Shown piece after piece: positions 41,701 to 53,710 of a stretch of DNA of 64,000 nt. The translations under genes were made by a program, and so were the position numbers. How positions within the stretch are numbered: position 1 is the first letter of the stretch; every line of letters starts with the position of its first letter. The notes under the pieces were generated by a model. The model saw only the letters and a list, made by a program, of their open reading frames with translations, did no database searches and was not told the origin of the DNA. Origin of the DNA: Lysobacteraceae bacterium (lineage in GTDB: Bacteria > Pseudomonadota > Gammaproteobacteria > Xanthomonadales > Rhodanobacteraceae); NCBI GenBank assembly GCA_028866435.1, contig JAGWIC010000001.1:49196-113195 (forward strand), written 5' to 3'.

Positions 41701-44700
41701 GTCAGCGTGCACACCGCCTGTTCCACGTCACTGGTGGCCATCTGCCAGGCGGTGGAGAGCCTGCGCATCGGGCAATGCGACATGGCCCTGGCCGGCGGCG
41801 TCTCGATCACCTGCCCCCCGCGCAGCGGCTACCTGTACCAGGACGGCGCGATGCTGTCGCCGGACGGACATACCCGGGCGTTCGATGCCGAGGCCAGGGG
41901 CACGGTATTCAGCGATGGCGCCGCCGTGGTGCTGCTCAAGCGGCTGGCCGACGCGCAGGCCGACGGCGACCCGATCCATGCGGTGATCCGCGGCGGCGCG
42001 ATCAACAACGACGGCGCCACCAAGGCCAGTTTCATGGCGCCCAGCAGCGCGGGCCAGGGCGCGGTGATCGCGATGGCGCACCGCAATGCGGGGGTCGATG
42101 CCCGCAGCATTTCCTACGTGGAGACCCACGGCACGGCCACCCCGATCGGCGACCCGATCGAGCTGGAAGGGCTGATCAGCGCCTTTTCGGCCGATACCGC
42201 CGATGTCGGCTTCTGCCGCATCGGCTCGCTCAAGAGCAATGTCGGCCATCTGGTGATCGCCGCCGGTGCCGCCGGCGTGATCAAGACCGCGCTGGCCCTG
42301 GCCGAGCGGCGGATTCCGCCCACGCTGCATTACCGGGTGCCGAATCCCGCGATCGATTTCGCCAGCTCGCCGTTCGTGGTCAACGACCAGCTGTGCGAAT
42401 GGACGGCCGAATCGGCGGCGCCGCGCCGCGCCGGGGTCAGCTCGTTCGGCGTGGGTGGCACCAATGCGCATGTGGTGCTGGAGGAGGCGCCCGCGCGGCA
42501 GCCGTCCGAGCCGTCGGCGGGCCCGCAGCTGCTGCTGCTGTCGGCGCGCTCCGCCAGCGCCCTGGCGGCGTCCGCGGCGCGGCTGGCGTCCCATCTGGAT
42601 GCGCAACCGGACCTCAACCTTGCGGATGTCGCGTGGACGCTGATGGTCGGGCGCAAGGCGTTCGCGCACCGTCTTGCGGTGGTGGCCGCGGATGCCCGCG
42701 GCGCCAGCGCGCAACTGGCCGGTGCGGACGCTGCCGCGGCGGCGGCGCGCAGCAGCGCCGCGTCACCGGGCGACGTGGTTTTCCTGTTTCCCGGTCAGGG
42801 CGCCCAGTACGCCGGCATGGGCCGCGCGTTGCATGCGTGCGAGCCGGCGTTCCGCGCCGCCTTCGACGAATGCGTGCAGGCGCTCGGCGACCCGTTCGGC
42901 TTCGACCTGCGCGAGCGGATGTTCGCCGACGCCGCCGAGGCGCTGCTGCCGACGGCGGTGATGCAGCCGGCCACCTTCGCCATCGAATATGCGCTGGCGC
43001 GGCTGTGGATGAGCCACGGCATCGTGCCGGCGGCGATGGTCGGCCACAGCGTGGGCGAATTCGTGGCGGCCACGCTGGCCGGCGTGTTCGCCCTGCCCGA
43101 CGCGATACGCCTGGTGGCGCGACGCGGCGCGCTGATGCAGGCGCAACCGGCGGGCGGCATGCTGTCGGTGCGGCTGTCGTGGGACGCGTTGCGGGAGCGG
43201 CTGCCCGCCGAGCTGGTGGTGGCGGCCGAGAATGCGCCCGGCGCCTGCGTCGTTTCCGGCCCCCATGCCGCCATCGAGCGCTTCCAGGCCGCGCTCGAGC
43301 GCGACGGCGTCGCCTGCCGGGCGCTGCAGACCTCGCACGCGTTCCACTCGCCGATGATGGACGCAGTGCTGGCACCGTTCCGTGCCGAACTGGAGCAGGT
43401 CGCCTTCAACGCGCCGCAATTGCCGCTGGTATCAACCGCGACCGGCGACTGGCTGGATCCCGCGCAGGCCTGTTCCGCGGAGTACTGGTCCAGCCACATG
43501 CGCGAACCGGTGCGTTTCTCGACGGCACTGACCCGGCTGCTCGACACGCCGGGACGGGTGCTGCTGGAAGTGGGTCCGCGCGCGACGCTGAGCACGCTGG
43601 CGCGCCAGCATGCCGGGCTGGCGCGCGACGGCATCGTCGCGGTGGCCTCGCTGGCCGATGAGGCGGCGAAGGAGCACGCCGCCTTCCTCGCCGCCGCCGG
43701 CCGGCTCTGGTGCCATGGCGTCGCGATCGATCCGACCCGGTTCGATCGTCGCCAACGGCGCCAGCGCGTGCGCCTGCCCACCTATCCCTTCGAACGGCAG
43801 CGTCACTGGGTGGAGGCCGCGCCGGCCACCGCCGCGCTGACGCCCGCCGAACCCGCACCGATCGCCGGCCTGCCGCCGGCCGAGGAGTCCCCCATGCCGA
43901 TGATGGCGCCCGTGTCCGCGGTGGATCGTCGCCCGCGTCTGCTCAGTCAGCTCAGGGCCGTGTTCGAGGATGTGACCGGCACCGAAATGGACGATGCCGA
44001 TCCCGCCGCCAACTTCATCGAGCTGGGCCTGGACAGCCTGATGTTGACCCAGGTCGCCCTGCACCTGTCCAGGGTGTTTCCGGTCAAGGTGACCTTCCGC
44101 CAGTTGATGGTCGAGCACGCCAGCCTCGAGCGGCTGGCCGCCCTGCTGGACGAGCAGATGCCGGCCGAGCAGGCGCCGCCCGCTGCCCCCGCACCAGCGG
44201 CGCCGGTGGCTGGCGCGGTCGCTGTGCCGGCCGTGCCCGTCGCACCGTCCGGCGGGGGGGACGATTATGTGCGCCAGGTGATCGCGCAGCAGATGCAGTT
44301 GATGGCGCAGCAGCTGGCCCTGCTAGCCGGCGGCCAGGCGGCGCCGCCGGCGGTTGCGGTGGCGTCGCCGCCGCGGGCGGCCGTCCCGGGCCCTGCGCCG
44401 GGCGTGGCCGCCACGGTGGCCGACGACGAGGCCGCGCTCGCGCACACGCGCTACGACGTGAAGAAGGCGTTCGGCGCGATCGCGCGCATCGACAACGGCC
44501 AGTTGTCCCTGTCGGCCCATCAGCGCGACCGCCTCGACCGCTTCATCCAGCGCTATGTCGCGCGCACCGGAAAGTCGAAGCAATACACCGACGCCGAGCG
44601 TCCGCACATGGCCGACCCGCGCGTGGTCAACGGCTTCCGTCCGCTGCTCAAGGAGATCATCTACCAGCTGGTGATCGATCGCTCCAAAGGCGCCCACCTG

Positions 44701-45999
44701 TGGGATATCGACGGCAACGAATACGTGGACGCGCTGAACGGCTTCGGCATGAGCCTGTTCGGCTGGCAGCCGGATTTCGTGCTCGAGGCGGTGCGTCGCC
44801 AGCTCGACCTCGGCTACGAGATCGGCCCGCAGCATCCCTTGTCGGGCGAGGTGGCGCGGCTGGTCTGCGAGATCACCGGCCACGATCGCGCGGCGCTGTG
44901 CAACACCGGCTCGGAGGCCGTGCTGGGCGCGCTGCGGATCGCCCGTACGGTCACCGGGCGCAGCACGGTGGTGCTGTTCAACGGTGCCTATCACGGCATC
45001 ATCGACGAGGTGATCGTGCGCGGCACGAAGAAGCTGCGCGCCGTGCCGGCGGCGCCGGGCATCATGCGCAACACTGCCGAAAACGTGCTGGTGCTCGATT
45101 ACGGCACGCCCGAATCGCTGCAGATCATCCGCGAGCGCGCGCATGAACTGGCGGCCGTCCTGATCGAACCGGTGCAGAGCCGGCGCTGCGACTTTCAACC
45201 GGTCGAGTTCCTGCGGGACGTCCGCGCGATCACCGCCGAGGCAGGCGCGCTGTGCATCTTCGACGAGATCGTCACTGGTTTTCGCGCGCATCCTGGCGGT
45301 ACCCAGGCTCTGTTCGGCATCAAGGCCGACATTGCCACCTACGGCAAGGTGGTGGGTGGCGGCTATCCGATCGGGGTGATCGCCGGCAAGCGTGAATTCA
45401 TGGACGCGCTCGACGGCGGTGCCTGGCGCTACGGCGACGACTCGGTGCCGACGGTGGGCGTCACCTATTTCGCCGGCACCTTCGTGCGCCATCCGCTGGC
45501 GCTGGCGGCGGCCAGGGCGGTGCTGCAGCACATCAAGCAGCACGGTGCGGCGCTGCAGGAGCGGCTCAATGCCCGCACCGCGGCGTTGGCGGACGAGCTC
45601 AATGCGTTCTGCAACGAAATCGGCGCGCCGATCGCGATCAAGCAGTTCGCCTCGGTCTGGAAGACCCAGTTCCTCGAGGACCACCCGCTGCAGGATCTCC
45701 TGTTCGCGATGATGCGCAGTCGCGGCGTGCACATCCTCGACAACTTCCCGTGCTTCTTCACCACCGCGCACAGCGAGGCCGATTTCCGGCAGATCATCCA
45801 GGCCTACAAGGATTCGGTGATCGAGTTGCAGCAGGCCGACTTCCTGCCACGCCGCACAGCAACCGCCCGCACGGTGATGGATGCGCGGCGGCCGCCACGG
45901 CCCGGCGCGCGTATTGGCCGCGAGCCGGACGGCCGTCCGGCGTGGTTCGCGCCCAGCGCGGAGCAGCCGGGCAGGTTCGTCAAGCTGGAGGAATCATGA
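38749..45999 (+). CDS. Hybrid NRPS/PKS: degenerate C-remnant-A-T-KS-AT-ACP-class III aminotransferase
   Basis: A: [28 protein letters not shown]: LGGSSL. KS: TACSTS, HGTAT, KSNVGH. AT: GHSVG, HAFH. ACP: LGLDSL. Aminotransferase: [18 protein letters not shown]. Start uncertain (GTG 38749). Confidence 0.93.
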   Translation: MSAKEDRESGVDGKPLLEVLPCVAGAAPVAWRQRRVPLDPALASELQRLAGSDGGNPGVALCAALALAESRLTGASTVTATLQGAGGRSQAGLDTAEDESPRAWLRRCARALQHATDVVPGAWMVGDEAPVDDDTAHGTSVWRLDGTPDLAIEVSFRPPLGDDAVDLLVGVVRRVLTELLCAGHASLRSIALLDAAQRDRLLTAWNHTGVPRDRADTVASVFGKVAAAHPQATAVVDAGGSLSYAQLDRQAGRLAARLREAGVAPGDVVGVMLERSAVALVAILGVLKAGAAYLPLDRAHPPERLAFALADAGAGVVVLDPSSAVPPLPSSVRRMAAVAEGGAERSTAEAVAAAAIDGDALAYVMYTSGSTGTPKGVAIRHRSIIRLVCGVDYVTLGADTRMLHAAPLGFDASTLELWGALLNGGCVVVHDEPIPTAAGLARSIADHGVTTAWLTASLFNAVVDEDPRQLAGLRELLTGGEALSVAHVRRALAALPQTTIINGYGPTECTTFACTYRIPRQLPEGARAVPIGRPIANTQAYVLNSSRQPVPIGVIGELYVGGAGVARGYLGRPELSAERFVADPFAAGERMYRTGDLVRWLPDGTLDFVGRGDNQVKLRGYRIETGEVEAVLARHPGVRACAVVLRDDPPLGKRLVAYVVAADAGATAPQLRAHLAASLPEFMVPTAYVPLDALPITANGKLDRRALPAPGNARPALAEAYEAPMPGPEQGVCDAFAAILGLDRVGRRDNFFALGGSSLLAVRLVNDLRRTGQPELSVLDFFRDPTPIALAGRRGAADAAAHGPARMGRQRSAAPAGQAEPVAIIGMSGRFPGAGDVEAFWDNLCAGRESITRFDPEQLDPSIPAELRNDPAYVPARGVIDAVEWFDAAFFGINPREAELMDPQQRLFLELCWECMERAGHVPDAQEGPVGVFGGMYNASYFRNHLGAHPELIEKLGAFQVMLDNEKDFVAPRVAHKLNLTGPAVSVHTACSTSLVAICQAVESLRIGQCDMALAGGVSITCPPRSGYLYQDGAMLSPDGHTRAFDAEARGTVFSDGAAVVLLKRLADAQADGDPIHAVIRGGAINNDGATKASFMAPSSAGQGAVIAMAHRNAGVDARSISYVETHGTATPIGDPIELEGLISAFSADTADVGFCRIGSLKSNVGHLVIAAGAAGVIKTALALAERRIPPTLHYRVPNPAIDFASSPFVVNDQLCEWTAESAAPRRAGVSSFGVGGTNAHVVLEEAPARQPSEPSAGPQLLLLSARSASALAASAARLASHLDAQPDLNLADVAWTLMVGRKAFAHRLAVVAADARGASAQLAGADAAAAAARSSAASPGDVVFLFPGQGAQYAGMGRALHACEPAFRAAFDECVQALGDPFGFDLRERMFADAAEALLPTAVMQPATFAIEYALARLWMSHGIVPAAMVGHSVGEFVAATLAGVFALPDAIRLVARRGALMQAQPAGGMLSVRLSWDALRERLPAELVVAAENAPGACVVSGPHAAIERFQAALERDGVACRALQTSHAFHSPMMDAVLAPFRAELEQVAFNAPQLPLVSTATGDWLDPAQACSAEYWSSHMREPVRFSTALTRLLDTPGRVLLEVGPRATLSTLARQHAGLARDGIVAVASLADEAAKEHAAFLAAAGRLWCHGVAIDPTRFDRRQRRQRVRLPTYPFERQRHWVEAAPATAALTPAEPAPIAGLPPAEESPMPMMAPVSAVDRRPRLLSQLRAVFEDVTGTEMDDADPAANFIELGLDSLMLTQVALHLSRVFPVKVTFRQLMVEHASLERLAALLDEQMPAEQAPPAAPAPAAPVAGAVAVPAVPVAPSGGGDDYVRQVIAQQMQLMAQQLALLAGGQAAPPAVAVASPPRAAVPGPAPGVAATVADDEAALAHTRYDVKKAFGAIARIDNGQLSLSAHQRDRLDRFIQRYVARTGKSKQYTDAERPHMADPRVVNGFRPLLKEIIYQLVIDRSKGAHLWDIDGNEYVDALNGFGMSLFGWQPDFVLEAVRRQLDLGYEIGPQHPLSGEVARLVCEITGHDRAALCNTGSEAVLGALRIARTVTGRSTVVLFNGAYHGIIDEVIVRGTKKLRAVPAAPGIMRNTAENVLVLDYGTPESLQIIRERAHELAAVLIEPVQSRRCDFQPVEFLRDVRAITAEAGALCIFDEIVTGFRAHPGGTQALFGIKADIATYGKVVGGGYPIGVIAGKREFMDALDGGAWRYGDDSVPTVGVTYFAGTFVRHPLALAAARAVLQHIKQHGAALQERLNARTAALADELNAFCNEIGAPIAIKQFASVWKTQFLEDHPLQDLLFAMMRSRGVHILDNFPCFFTTAHSEADFRQIIQAYKDSVIELQQADFLPRRTATARTVMDARRPPRPGARIGREPDGRPAWFAPSAEQPGRFVKLEES

Positions 46000-48900
46000 G
46001 CGGTACCGGGCCAGGGAAGAACATGACGATGGTGGTCGACTACGACCCGTTCGCCGGCGGCGCGCTGTCGCGGGTGGTGCCGACGACCGAACCCCAGCGC
46101 GAAATCTGGCTGGCGGACCAGCTGGGGCGGGATGCGTCGCTGGCCTACAACGAGTCGGTATCGCTGCGCCTCAGGGGAGCGCTGGACCAGGATGCCCTGC
46201 GCCGTGCGCTGCAGGCTCTGCTGGACCGGCACGACGCCCTGCGTTCCAGCTTCGGCCCGGATGGCGAGACACTGTGCATACACGAGCACGTCACGCTGCA
46301 GTTGGACCGGATCGACCTGTCCGGCGCGCCTGCACCGCAGCGCGACGAGCGCGTGCGCGAACGCCAGCGCCAGGCGGTGGAGACCCCGTTTGCGCTTGGC
46401 CGGGACCGCCTGCTGCGCGCCGAACTGCTGTGCCTGGCGGACGACGAGCATGTGTTGCTGCTCACCGCCCATCACATCGTCTGCGACGGCTGGTCGTGGT
46501 GGCTGCTGGTGCGCGAGCTGGGAGCGCTGTATGCCATGCACCGTGGCGATGCGGTCGAGCCGCTGCCGCCCGCGGGCGACTTCGCCGACTATGCGCTGGC
46601 CCAGGCCAGCCGTCCGGCCGGGGCCACCCATGCGGAGGATGAGCGCTACTGGACCTCGCGCTTTGCCGGCGAGGTTCCGATCCTCGACCTGCCCACCGAT
46701 CGGGTGCGGCCGGCACGGCGGAGTTTTGCCTCGGCGCGGGAGGACTGGACCCTCGATGCGCCGTTGCTGGCGGCGATCCGCGGCATGGGCGCACGCCACG
46801 GGGTGAGCCTGTTCGCCAGCCTGCTGGCGAGCCTTGCCGGCTTGCTGGCACGCCTGTGCAACCAGTCGCAGGTGGTCATCGGCATACCGACGGCGGGGCA
46901 GTCGGTCGACGGCAACGAGAACCTGGTGGGCCACTGCGTCAACACCTTGCCGCTGCTGTTCGAGCCGGACCTGTCGCAGCCGGCCGCCCGGCTGGTCGAG
47001 CAGGCCCAGACCACCCTGCTCGATGCGCTGGAGCACCAGCGTTATACCTTCGGCACCCTGCTCGGCAAGCTGCGGCTGGCCCGCGACGCGTCGCGGCCGG
47101 TGCTGGTCAGCGTGATGTTCAACATCGACCAGGCGCTGGACCACGAGGGCGGGGCATTTCCCGGGCTGCAACTGGAGTTCGACAGCAATCCGCGCAGCTT
47201 CGAGAACTTCGAGCTGGCGATCAATGCCGTGCAGGCCCATGGCGAATTGCGGCTCGAATGCCAGTACAACCGCGCTCTGTTCGACGGGGCGACCGTCAGG
47301 CAGTGGCTGGCGCACTGGCAGACCTTGCTGCAGGCGATGGTGGCCTGCGCCGATACCGAGGCGCTGGGGCGCCTGCCGCTCCTGGCCGACATCGAGCGGC
47401 GCAAGGTACTGGAGAAATTCAACGACACGCGCGTGCCTTATCCGGCCGACGCCTGCCTGCACGAGCTGATCGAGGCGCAGGTCGAGCGTACGCCGGATGC
47501 GATCGCCGTCAGCCATGAAGGCGCGGCGCTGAGCTATGCGCAACTGAACGCCAGTGCCAACCGCCTTGCGCATTACCTGCGCCAGTCGGGGGTGAGGCCG
47601 GATCAACGCGTGGCGATGTTCGCCGAGCGCAGCCTGGAGATGGTGATCGGGCTGCTGGCCATCCTGAAGTCTGGCGCGGCCTACGTGCCCCTCGATCCGG
47701 AGCTTCCGGCCGAGCGCCTGCACGACATGCTGGCCGACTGCACGCCGGTTGCCGTGCTGACCCAGCAGGCGCTGGGCGCTCGCCTGGCCGGGTTGCCGCT
47801 GTCGCGGGCGCCACTGGCGCTTGATGGGGCCGAGCCGGCGTGGGCGGCGCAGCCGGTGGCCAATCCGCCGCGCGCGGATCTGCTGGATTCGCATCTGGCG
47901 TACGTGATCTACACCTCCGGCTCCACCGGCAAGCCCAAGGGGGCGATGAACGAGCACCGCGGCATCGTCAACCGGCTGCGCTGGATGCAGCAGATGTTCC
48001 CCCTCGACGGCGCCGACGCGGTGCTGCAGAAGACCCCGTACAGCTTCGATGTTTCCGTATGGGAATTCTTCTGGCCGCTGATGACCGGCGCGCGACTGGT
48101 GGTGGCGCGCGCGGGCGGGCACCGGGATCCGGCGTACCTGGCCGACACGATCCGGCGGCAGCAAATCACGACGGTGCACTTCGTGCCGTCGATGCTGCAT
48201 GCCTTCCTCGACCATGGCGTCGGCACGGCCTGCGATGCGCTGACGCGGGTGATCTGCAGCGGCGAGGCGCTGCCCGTCGCGCTGGTCGCGGCGTTCCACC
48301 GGCAGCTGCCGCGGATCGCCCTGCACAACCTGTACGGGCCCACCGAGGCGGCGGTGGATGTCACCGCATGGACCTGCGTGGCCGGCGATACCTCCGGCAG
48401 CGTGCCGATCGGTCGGCCGGTGGCGAATACGCGCATCTACATCCTCGACCCGTTCGGGGAGCCGGTGCCGGTGGGCGTGGCGGGGGAGATCTTCATCGGC
48501 GGCGTCCAGGTCGGTCGCGGCTACCTCAATCGCGATGCGCTGACCGCCGAACGCTTCCTGCCCGATCCGTTCGTGCACGAGGCACAGGCGCGCATGTACC
48601 GGACGGGCGATCTCGGCCGCTGGCGCGCCGACGGCGCCATCGACTATCTCGGCCGCAACGACTTCCAGGTCAAGCTGCGCGGCTTCCGCATCGAGCTGGG
48701 CGAAATCGAGAGCCGGCTGAGCGCGCATGCCGACGTGGCGCAGGCGCTGGTGCTGGCGCGCGAGGACCGGCCCGGCGATGTGCGGCTGGTCGCCTATGTG
48801 GTGGCCAGATCCGGCGCCGGCATCGATGGCGAGGCGTTGTCGCGGCATCTGCGGCTGAGCCTGCCCGAATACATGGTGCCGCAGCATTACGTCGCGCTCG

Positions 48901-51900
48901 ACGCTTTCCCGCTGTCGCCCAACGGCAAGGTCGATCGCAAGCAGTTGCCCGCGCCGGTCGAGCCATTGCCCGACCCGCATCGCGCCAACACCGCGCCGCG
49001 CGACGAGCTGGAGCAGTGCGTGGTGATGGCCATGGCCACCGCGATCGGCGTCGCCGACATCGGCGCGCACGACAATTTCTTCGAGCTGGGGGGGCACTCG
49101 CTGCTCGCGGCGCGCCTGATCGCCCGGCTCAATCGCGAATTCGACCTCGCCCTGAGCTTGCGCGCCGTGTTCGACGCGCCCACGCCTGTGCAACTGGCCG
49201 CGGCGATCCGGCAGCTCAGGACCGGGGCGGCGCCGTCCCGTGCCGCCGCCGGGGCGATCCCCCGGCGGGCGGACCGGGCCAAGGCGCCGCTGTCGCTGAT
49301 GCAGCAGCGGGTGTGGTACCTGGAGCAGCTCAATCCCGGCCAGGTGGTGTATCACGCCCCGTCCGCGCACCGCCTGCGCGGGATCATGGACGAAGCCGCG
49401 TTCGAGCGTGCATTGGCCGAGATGGTGCGGCGTCAGCCGATGCTGCGCACGTCGTTCGGGCTGGACGGGACCGCGCTGGTCCAGCGCGTTCAGGCCCAGT
49501 GCGAGACAAGCCTCCTGCCGTGCGAGGATCTCGGCGGGTTGCCGGAGCACGAGCGTGAACCGGCACTGGCGCAACGGCTGCAAGCGTTGATCGCGATACC
49601 GTTCGACCTGACGGTCGCGCCGCTGTTCCGTGCCCGCCTGTTCAGGCTCAAGGCGGATGAGCACGTGTTTTTCTTCATGCCCCATCACCTGATCTGGGAT
49701 GGCTGGTCGTTCGACCTGATGTACGAGGAAATGTCCGGCCTGTACGCGGCTTTCTGTGCCGGAGAGCCGCCGTCGCTGGCGCCGCTGGCGATCGAATACG
49801 GCGATTTTGCCGCCTGGCACCTGCAATGGATGCGCAGCGAGGAAATGGCCCGGCAGCTGTCCTGCTGGCGCCGCCAGCTGTCCGGCAGGCTCGAGCCGCT
49901 GGAACTCCCCGCGGATCGCCCGCGGCCACCGCGGATGTCCGGTGCCGGTGCCACGGAGTGGATCCGCCTGCCGGAACAGCAGGCCGCCTCGCTGCGCCTG
50001 CTCGGCCGGCAGGCGCAGTCGACCCTGTTCATGGTGCTGCTGACGTCGTATTACGTGCTGCTGCATCGCCTGAGCGGCCAGCGCGACCTGATCGTCAATA
50101 CGCCCGTGCGCGGCCGCGATACCGCCGAGCTGGAGCGGGTCATGGGCTTTTTCGTCAATGCGCTGCCGCTGCGGGTGGCGATGGATCCCGAACTGCCATT
50201 TCTGCAGCAGCTGCGGATCGTTCGCGGCGTGGTGCTGGATGCGTTCTCCTGCCCCGATGTGCCGTTCGAACAGCTGGTGATCGACCTGAATGTGCCGCGC
50301 GACGAAAGCCGGCCACCGATCAGCCAGGCGATGTTCTCGTTCCAGGATGTGCGCCTGCGGCCCGGCCATTGGGGCGACCTGGCGCACGAAAACATCCCGG
50401 TGTTCCAGCACGGTGCGGCGGACGACCTGGGCCTGTGGTTCATCGATCAGGGCCACGGCCTGGTCGGCGGCCTGACCTACAACACCGATATCTTCGACGC
50501 CGCCACCGTGGCGCGCTGGAGCGGCTACCTGCAGCACATCCTGGCGCAGGCGCTGGCGACGCCGGACGCGCCGGTCGGCGCATTCGCCCTGATGGGCGAG
50601 GCGGAGCGCCGGCAGGTACTGCACGACTGGAACGCGACGGCGCGCGACTACGACCGTACGCAGGGCGTGCCGGCGTTGATCGCCGCGCAAATGCGCAGGA
50701 CGCCGCATCGCATCGCCGCGGAATGCGCTGGCCGGCGCATCGACTATGCCGGCCTGGAACTCGCCACCCGCGCGGTGGCCGTCGCGCTCGCCCGGCGCCA
50801 GGTGGGGCGCGGCGACCTCGTCGGCATCTGCGTGCCGCGCAGCCTGTCCATGCTGGTGGCGGTGCTCGGCGTGCTGCGCAGCGGCGCCGCCTACGTGCCG
50901 CTGGATCCGGCCTTTCCTCCCGGGCGGTTGCAATACATGGCCGCGCATGCGCGGCTGCGCCACATCCTGGTGACGGATGCCGCACTGCTGCCGGCGGTGG
51001 TCGCCAGCGGGCGCGAGCTGCTCGACGTGGATGCGCTCGCGGGCGAAGCCGTCGGCGACACGCCGTTGCCGCAGGTGGGCGGCGCAGATCTCGCCTACGT
51101 GCTCTACACCTCCGGCTCCACCGGCCAACCCAAGGGCGTCGCGGTGCGGCACCGGAACCTGGTCAACTTCCTGCTCAGCATGGCGCGCGAGCCGGGGTTC
51201 GCCGAGGAAGACAGCCTGTGCGCCGCCACCACCTTGTCGTTCGACATCGCCGGCCTGGAGCTCTACCTGCCGCTCATCGTGGGCGGGCGGACGGTGATTG
51301 CGACGGACGAGCAGCAGCTCGACCCGCATCTGCTCTGGGATCTGATCGATCGCAGCGGCTGCAACGTGCTGCAGGTGACGCCCGCGGTACTGCGCCTGTT
51401 GCAGGACACCGGCCGCGATCGCGCGGTGAACCGGCTGCGCCTGTTCGTCGGCGGCGAGGCGCTGCCGCTGGTGCTTGCCAACGACATGGCCGCACGCTGC
51501 CGGGAGTTGTGGAACCTGTACGGGCCCACCGAGACCACGATCTGGTCCACCGTGTCGCGCATTGTCCCGGGCGTGTCCGTCGTACCGCTGGGTCGGCCGA
51601 TCGCCAACACCCGGATTCATGTGCTCGATGCGCGCGGCCAGCCGGTGCCGCCCGGCGTGGTCGGCGAGATATACATCGGCGGAGATGGCGTCGCGGACGG
51701 ATATCTGTTCCAGCCCGAATTGACGGCGGAGCGCTTCATCGCCGACCCCTTCGCCGCGGACGGCGCGCGCATGTATCGCAGCGGGGATCTCGGCGCCGTA
51801 CGCGATGGGGTGCTCTACTTTCACGGCCGCGCCGACAACCAGATCAAGATCCGCGGTTTCCGCATCGAGCCAGGGGACATCGAGGCGGCGGCCGACAGCC

Positions 51901-52493
51901 ATCCTGCGGTACGCGAGTCGGTCGTGGTCGCCCACGAGTTTGGCGACAACGACCGGCGCATGGTCCTGTATGTGGTGGTGCAGGGGGACGGGAGCGACAT
52001 CGCCCGCGCGTTGCGCGAGCATCTTCGCGAGCGCCTGCCGGCCTACCTGTTGCCGCAGCACATCGAGGTGATGGACGCGTTGCCGAAGACCCCCAATGGC
52101 AAGATCGATCGCAAGGCGTTGCCGCGGCCGGATGCCGCCCCGGCGCAAGCGCCTGCGGCGGAGCCGTCGCCGGTCGCGGGCAGCGTGCCAGGGCAGAGCA
52201 TGAGCGATCCGCGCGAACTGTACCTGGCGGCGATCTGGCGGGAATTGATCGGGGTTGAAGAGGTCCGCGGCAGCGACAATTTCCTCGATCTCGGCGGGCA
52301 TTCCATGCTGGCCGTGGAATTCGCCGCCCGCGTGAAGAACGACACCGCGGTGTCCCTGCGACTGTTGCAGGTCGTTAGCGGCACGCTGGCGTCGCTGGCG
52401 GCGGAACTGCCGGATCCGGCGGCCCAGGACGCCTCCACCCCGGCAAAAGGGTCGATGCTTGCACGCTGGCGCCAGCGACTGGGACTGCGATGA
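45996..52493 (+). CDS. Bimodular NRPS C-A-T-C-A-T with no TE or reductase domain
   Basis: C: HHIVCDG and HHLIWDG. Two A domains (YTSGSTG, YGPTE). T: LGGHSL and LGGHSM. The ATG overlaps the upstream stop (ATGA). Confidence 0.93.
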   Translation: MSGTGPGKNMTMVVDYDPFAGGALSRVVPTTEPQREIWLADQLGRDASLAYNESVSLRLRGALDQDALRRALQALLDRHDALRSSFGPDGETLCIHEHVTLQLDRIDLSGAPAPQRDERVRERQRQAVETPFALGRDRLLRAELLCLADDEHVLLLTAHHIVCDGWSWWLLVRELGALYAMHRGDAVEPLPPAGDFADYALAQASRPAGATHAEDERYWTSRFAGEVPILDLPTDRVRPARRSFASAREDWTLDAPLLAAIRGMGARHGVSLFASLLASLAGLLARLCNQSQVVIGIPTAGQSVDGNENLVGHCVNTLPLLFEPDLSQPAARLVEQAQTTLLDALEHQRYTFGTLLGKLRLARDASRPVLVSVMFNIDQALDHEGGAFPGLQLEFDSNPRSFENFELAINAVQAHGELRLECQYNRALFDGATVRQWLAHWQTLLQAMVACADTEALGRLPLLADIERRKVLEKFNDTRVPYPADACLHELIEAQVERTPDAIAVSHEGAALSYAQLNASANRLAHYLRQSGVRPDQRVAMFAERSLEMVIGLLAILKSGAAYVPLDPELPAERLHDMLADCTPVAVLTQQALGARLAGLPLSRAPLALDGAEPAWAAQPVANPPRADLLDSHLAYVIYTSGSTGKPKGAMNEHRGIVNRLRWMQQMFPLDGADAVLQKTPYSFDVSVWEFFWPLMTGARLVVARAGGHRDPAYLADTIRRQQITTVHFVPSMLHAFLDHGVGTACDALTRVICSGEALPVALVAAFHRQLPRIALHNLYGPTEAAVDVTAWTCVAGDTSGSVPIGRPVANTRIYILDPFGEPVPVGVAGEIFIGGVQVGRGYLNRDALTAERFLPDPFVHEAQARMYRTGDLGRWRADGAIDYLGRNDFQVKLRGFRIELGEIESRLSAHADVAQALVLAREDRPGDVRLVAYVVARSGAGIDGEALSRHLRLSLPEYMVPQHYVALDAFPLSPNGKVDRKQLPAPVEPLPDPHRANTAPRDELEQCVVMAMATAIGVADIGAHDNFFELGGHSLLAARLIARLNREFDLALSLRAVFDAPTPVQLAAAIRQLRTGAAPSRAAAGAIPRRADRAKAPLSLMQQRVWYLEQLNPGQVVYHAPSAHRLRGIMDEAAFERALAEMVRRQPMLRTSFGLDGTALVQRVQAQCETSLLPCEDLGGLPEHEREPALAQRLQALIAIPFDLTVAPLFRARLFRLKADEHVFFFMPHHLIWDGWSFDLMYEEMSGLYAAFCAGEPPSLAPLAIEYGDFAAWHLQWMRSEEMARQLSCWRRQLSGRLEPLELPADRPRPPRMSGAGATEWIRLPEQQAASLRLLGRQAQSTLFMVLLTSYYVLLHRLSGQRDLIVNTPVRGRDTAELERVMGFFVNALPLRVAMDPELPFLQQLRIVRGVVLDAFSCPDVPFEQLVIDLNVPRDESRPPISQAMFSFQDVRLRPGHWGDLAHENIPVFQHGAADDLGLWFIDQGHGLVGGLTYNTDIFDAATVARWSGYLQHILAQALATPDAPVGAFALMGEAERRQVLHDWNATARDYDRTQGVPALIAAQMRRTPHRIAAECAGRRIDYAGLELATRAVAVALARRQVGRGDLVGICVPRSLSMLVAVLGVLRSGAAYVPLDPAFPPGRLQYMAAHARLRHILVTDAALLPAVVASGRELLDVDALAGEAVGDTPLPQVGGADLAYVLYTSGSTGQPKGVAVRHRNLVNFLLSMAREPGFAEEDSLCAATTLSFDIAGLELYLPLIVGGRTVIATDEQQLDPHLLWDLIDRSGCNVLQVTPAVLRLLQDTGRDRAVNRLRLFVGGEALPLVLANDMAARCRELWNLYGPTETTIWSTVSRIVPGVSVVPLGRPIANTRIHVLDARGQPVPPGVVGEIYIGGDGVADGYLFQPELTAERFIADPFAADGARMYRSGDLGAVRDGVLYFHGRADNQIKIRGFRIEPGDIEAAADSHPAVRESVVVAHEFGDNDRRMVLYVVVQGDGSDIARALREHLRERLPAYLLPQHIEVMDALPKTPNGKIDRKALPRPDAAPAQAPAAEPSPVAGSVPGQSMSDPRELYLAAIWRELIGVEEVRGSDNFLDLGGHSMLAVEFAARVKNDTAVSLRLLQVVSGTLASLAAELPDPAAQDASTPAKGSMLARWRQRLGLR

Positions 52494-52609
52494 CATGGGC
52501 AGAGTGGACGGGAGCAATCACGCAATGAGCCACCCCTGCGCCGGCGCCTCGCCGGCACGACATGGCGATCCGGCGCGATGGCCGCGATGGACGGTGGGGG
52601 CGGTCAGCC

Positions 52610-53710
52610 ATGCCTGCTGAAAAGAGCGGGCATGCGATGGGCATGCGGGGGCGGCTGGGTGAGCTTTGTCACCGCAGCGGCATGCTGCGGATGCTGCAGC
52701 GGGTACGCCAGTGGGGGCGCCACGACTTGCGCATTCTGGCCTATCACCGGGTACTCACGCTCGCCGAGCGGTCGCATTTCGATTTCGACCTGGACCTGGT
52801 CAGCGCCTCCGCGGAGGGCTTTCGCGAGCAGATGCTGTTGTTGAAGCGGCACTTTCGACCGATCAGCCTGACGGCCGTGGCAACCGCCGCCGTGGCGGGC
52901 CAGCCACTGCCGCCGGATGCCGTGGTGGTCACCTTCGACGACGGCTACGACGACAACTATCGCGTGGCCTATCCGATCCTGCGCGAGCTGGGCATCCCGG
53001 CGACCTTCTTCGTTTCCACCGGTTACATCGACAGCGGCCTTCCCTACGACTACGACTGGCTGGTGCACATGATCCTGCGGGCGCCGGCCGAGCGTGTCGC
53101 GATACCCGAGCTGTCGCTGGAGCTGGCGCCGGGTGCCGGTCGCGACGCCCGCCGGCGCCTGGCTGGCGAGGCGCTGAGTCGGATCAAGATGCTCGACGGC
53201 GAGGCCCAGACGGCGCTGATGAAGCGGCTTGAGCGCGACTGGGGCATGCCGCGGGGTGGCGGCCATCCGGATTGCCGGCCGATGAGCTGGAAGCAGCTTC
53301 GCGAAATGCACGCCGCCGGCTTCGAGATCGGCTCGCACGGCGTTCACCACCGCATGCTGGCGAAGCTGTCGCAGCAGGAGCTGGAATTCGAGCTGTGCGA
53401 GTCGAAGGCCGTGCTCGAACGCCAGCTGGGGGTTCCAGCGACGACGATCTCCTACCCGGTCGGTGGCGATTCCGCCTTCGACGACCGGGTGGTCGACGCC
53501 GCCATCACCGCGGGTTACCAGGTGGGCTGCAGCTACATCTGCGGTACCAATGCGCTGGCACAGCTGCAACGCCATGCGCTGTATCGCCTGCCGGTCGAAC
53601 GCATGATGGGGCTTGGCTGGTTTGACGCTATGCTGACCTTGCCCGAATGGCTCAGCTATCCCACCTCGCGTACCTCCACCGAAGCCGCCCGGACCGAATG
53701 TTCACCTTAA
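52610..53710 (+). CDS. CE4 polysaccharide deacetylase (start 52610 or 52637)
   Basis: LAYHRV, TFDDGY, IGSHGVHH, SYPVG. Confidence 0.88.
   Translation: MPAEKSGHAMGMRGRLGELCHRSGMLRMLQRVRQWGRHDLRILAYHRVLTLAERSHFDFDLDLVSASAEGFREQMLLLKRHFRPISLTAVATAAVAGQPLPPDAVVVTFDDGYDDNYRVAYPILRELGIPATFFVSTGYIDSGLPYDYDWLVHMILRAPAERVAIPELSLELAPGAGRDARRRLAGEALSRIKMLDGEAQTALMKRLERDWGMPRGGGHPDCRPMSWKQLREMHAAGFEIGSHGVHHRMLAKLSQQELEFELCESKAVLERQLGVPATTISYPVGGDSAFDDRVVDAAITAGYQVGCSYICGTNALAQLQRHALYRLPVERMMGLGWFDAMLTLPEWLSYPTSRTSTEAARTECSP

Noticed and set aside
36221-49094. In-gene G7 tracts at 36221, 44254 and 49088 as phase-variation sites
   Set aside because: Short, in frame, encoding Gly runs or conserved motifs, and expected at this GC content.
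45804-52517. 2,237-aa ORF antisense to the NRPS
   Set aside because: Shadow frame of a high-GC gene with strong codon bias. It has no recognisable motifs, while the sense strand carries all NRPS motifs.
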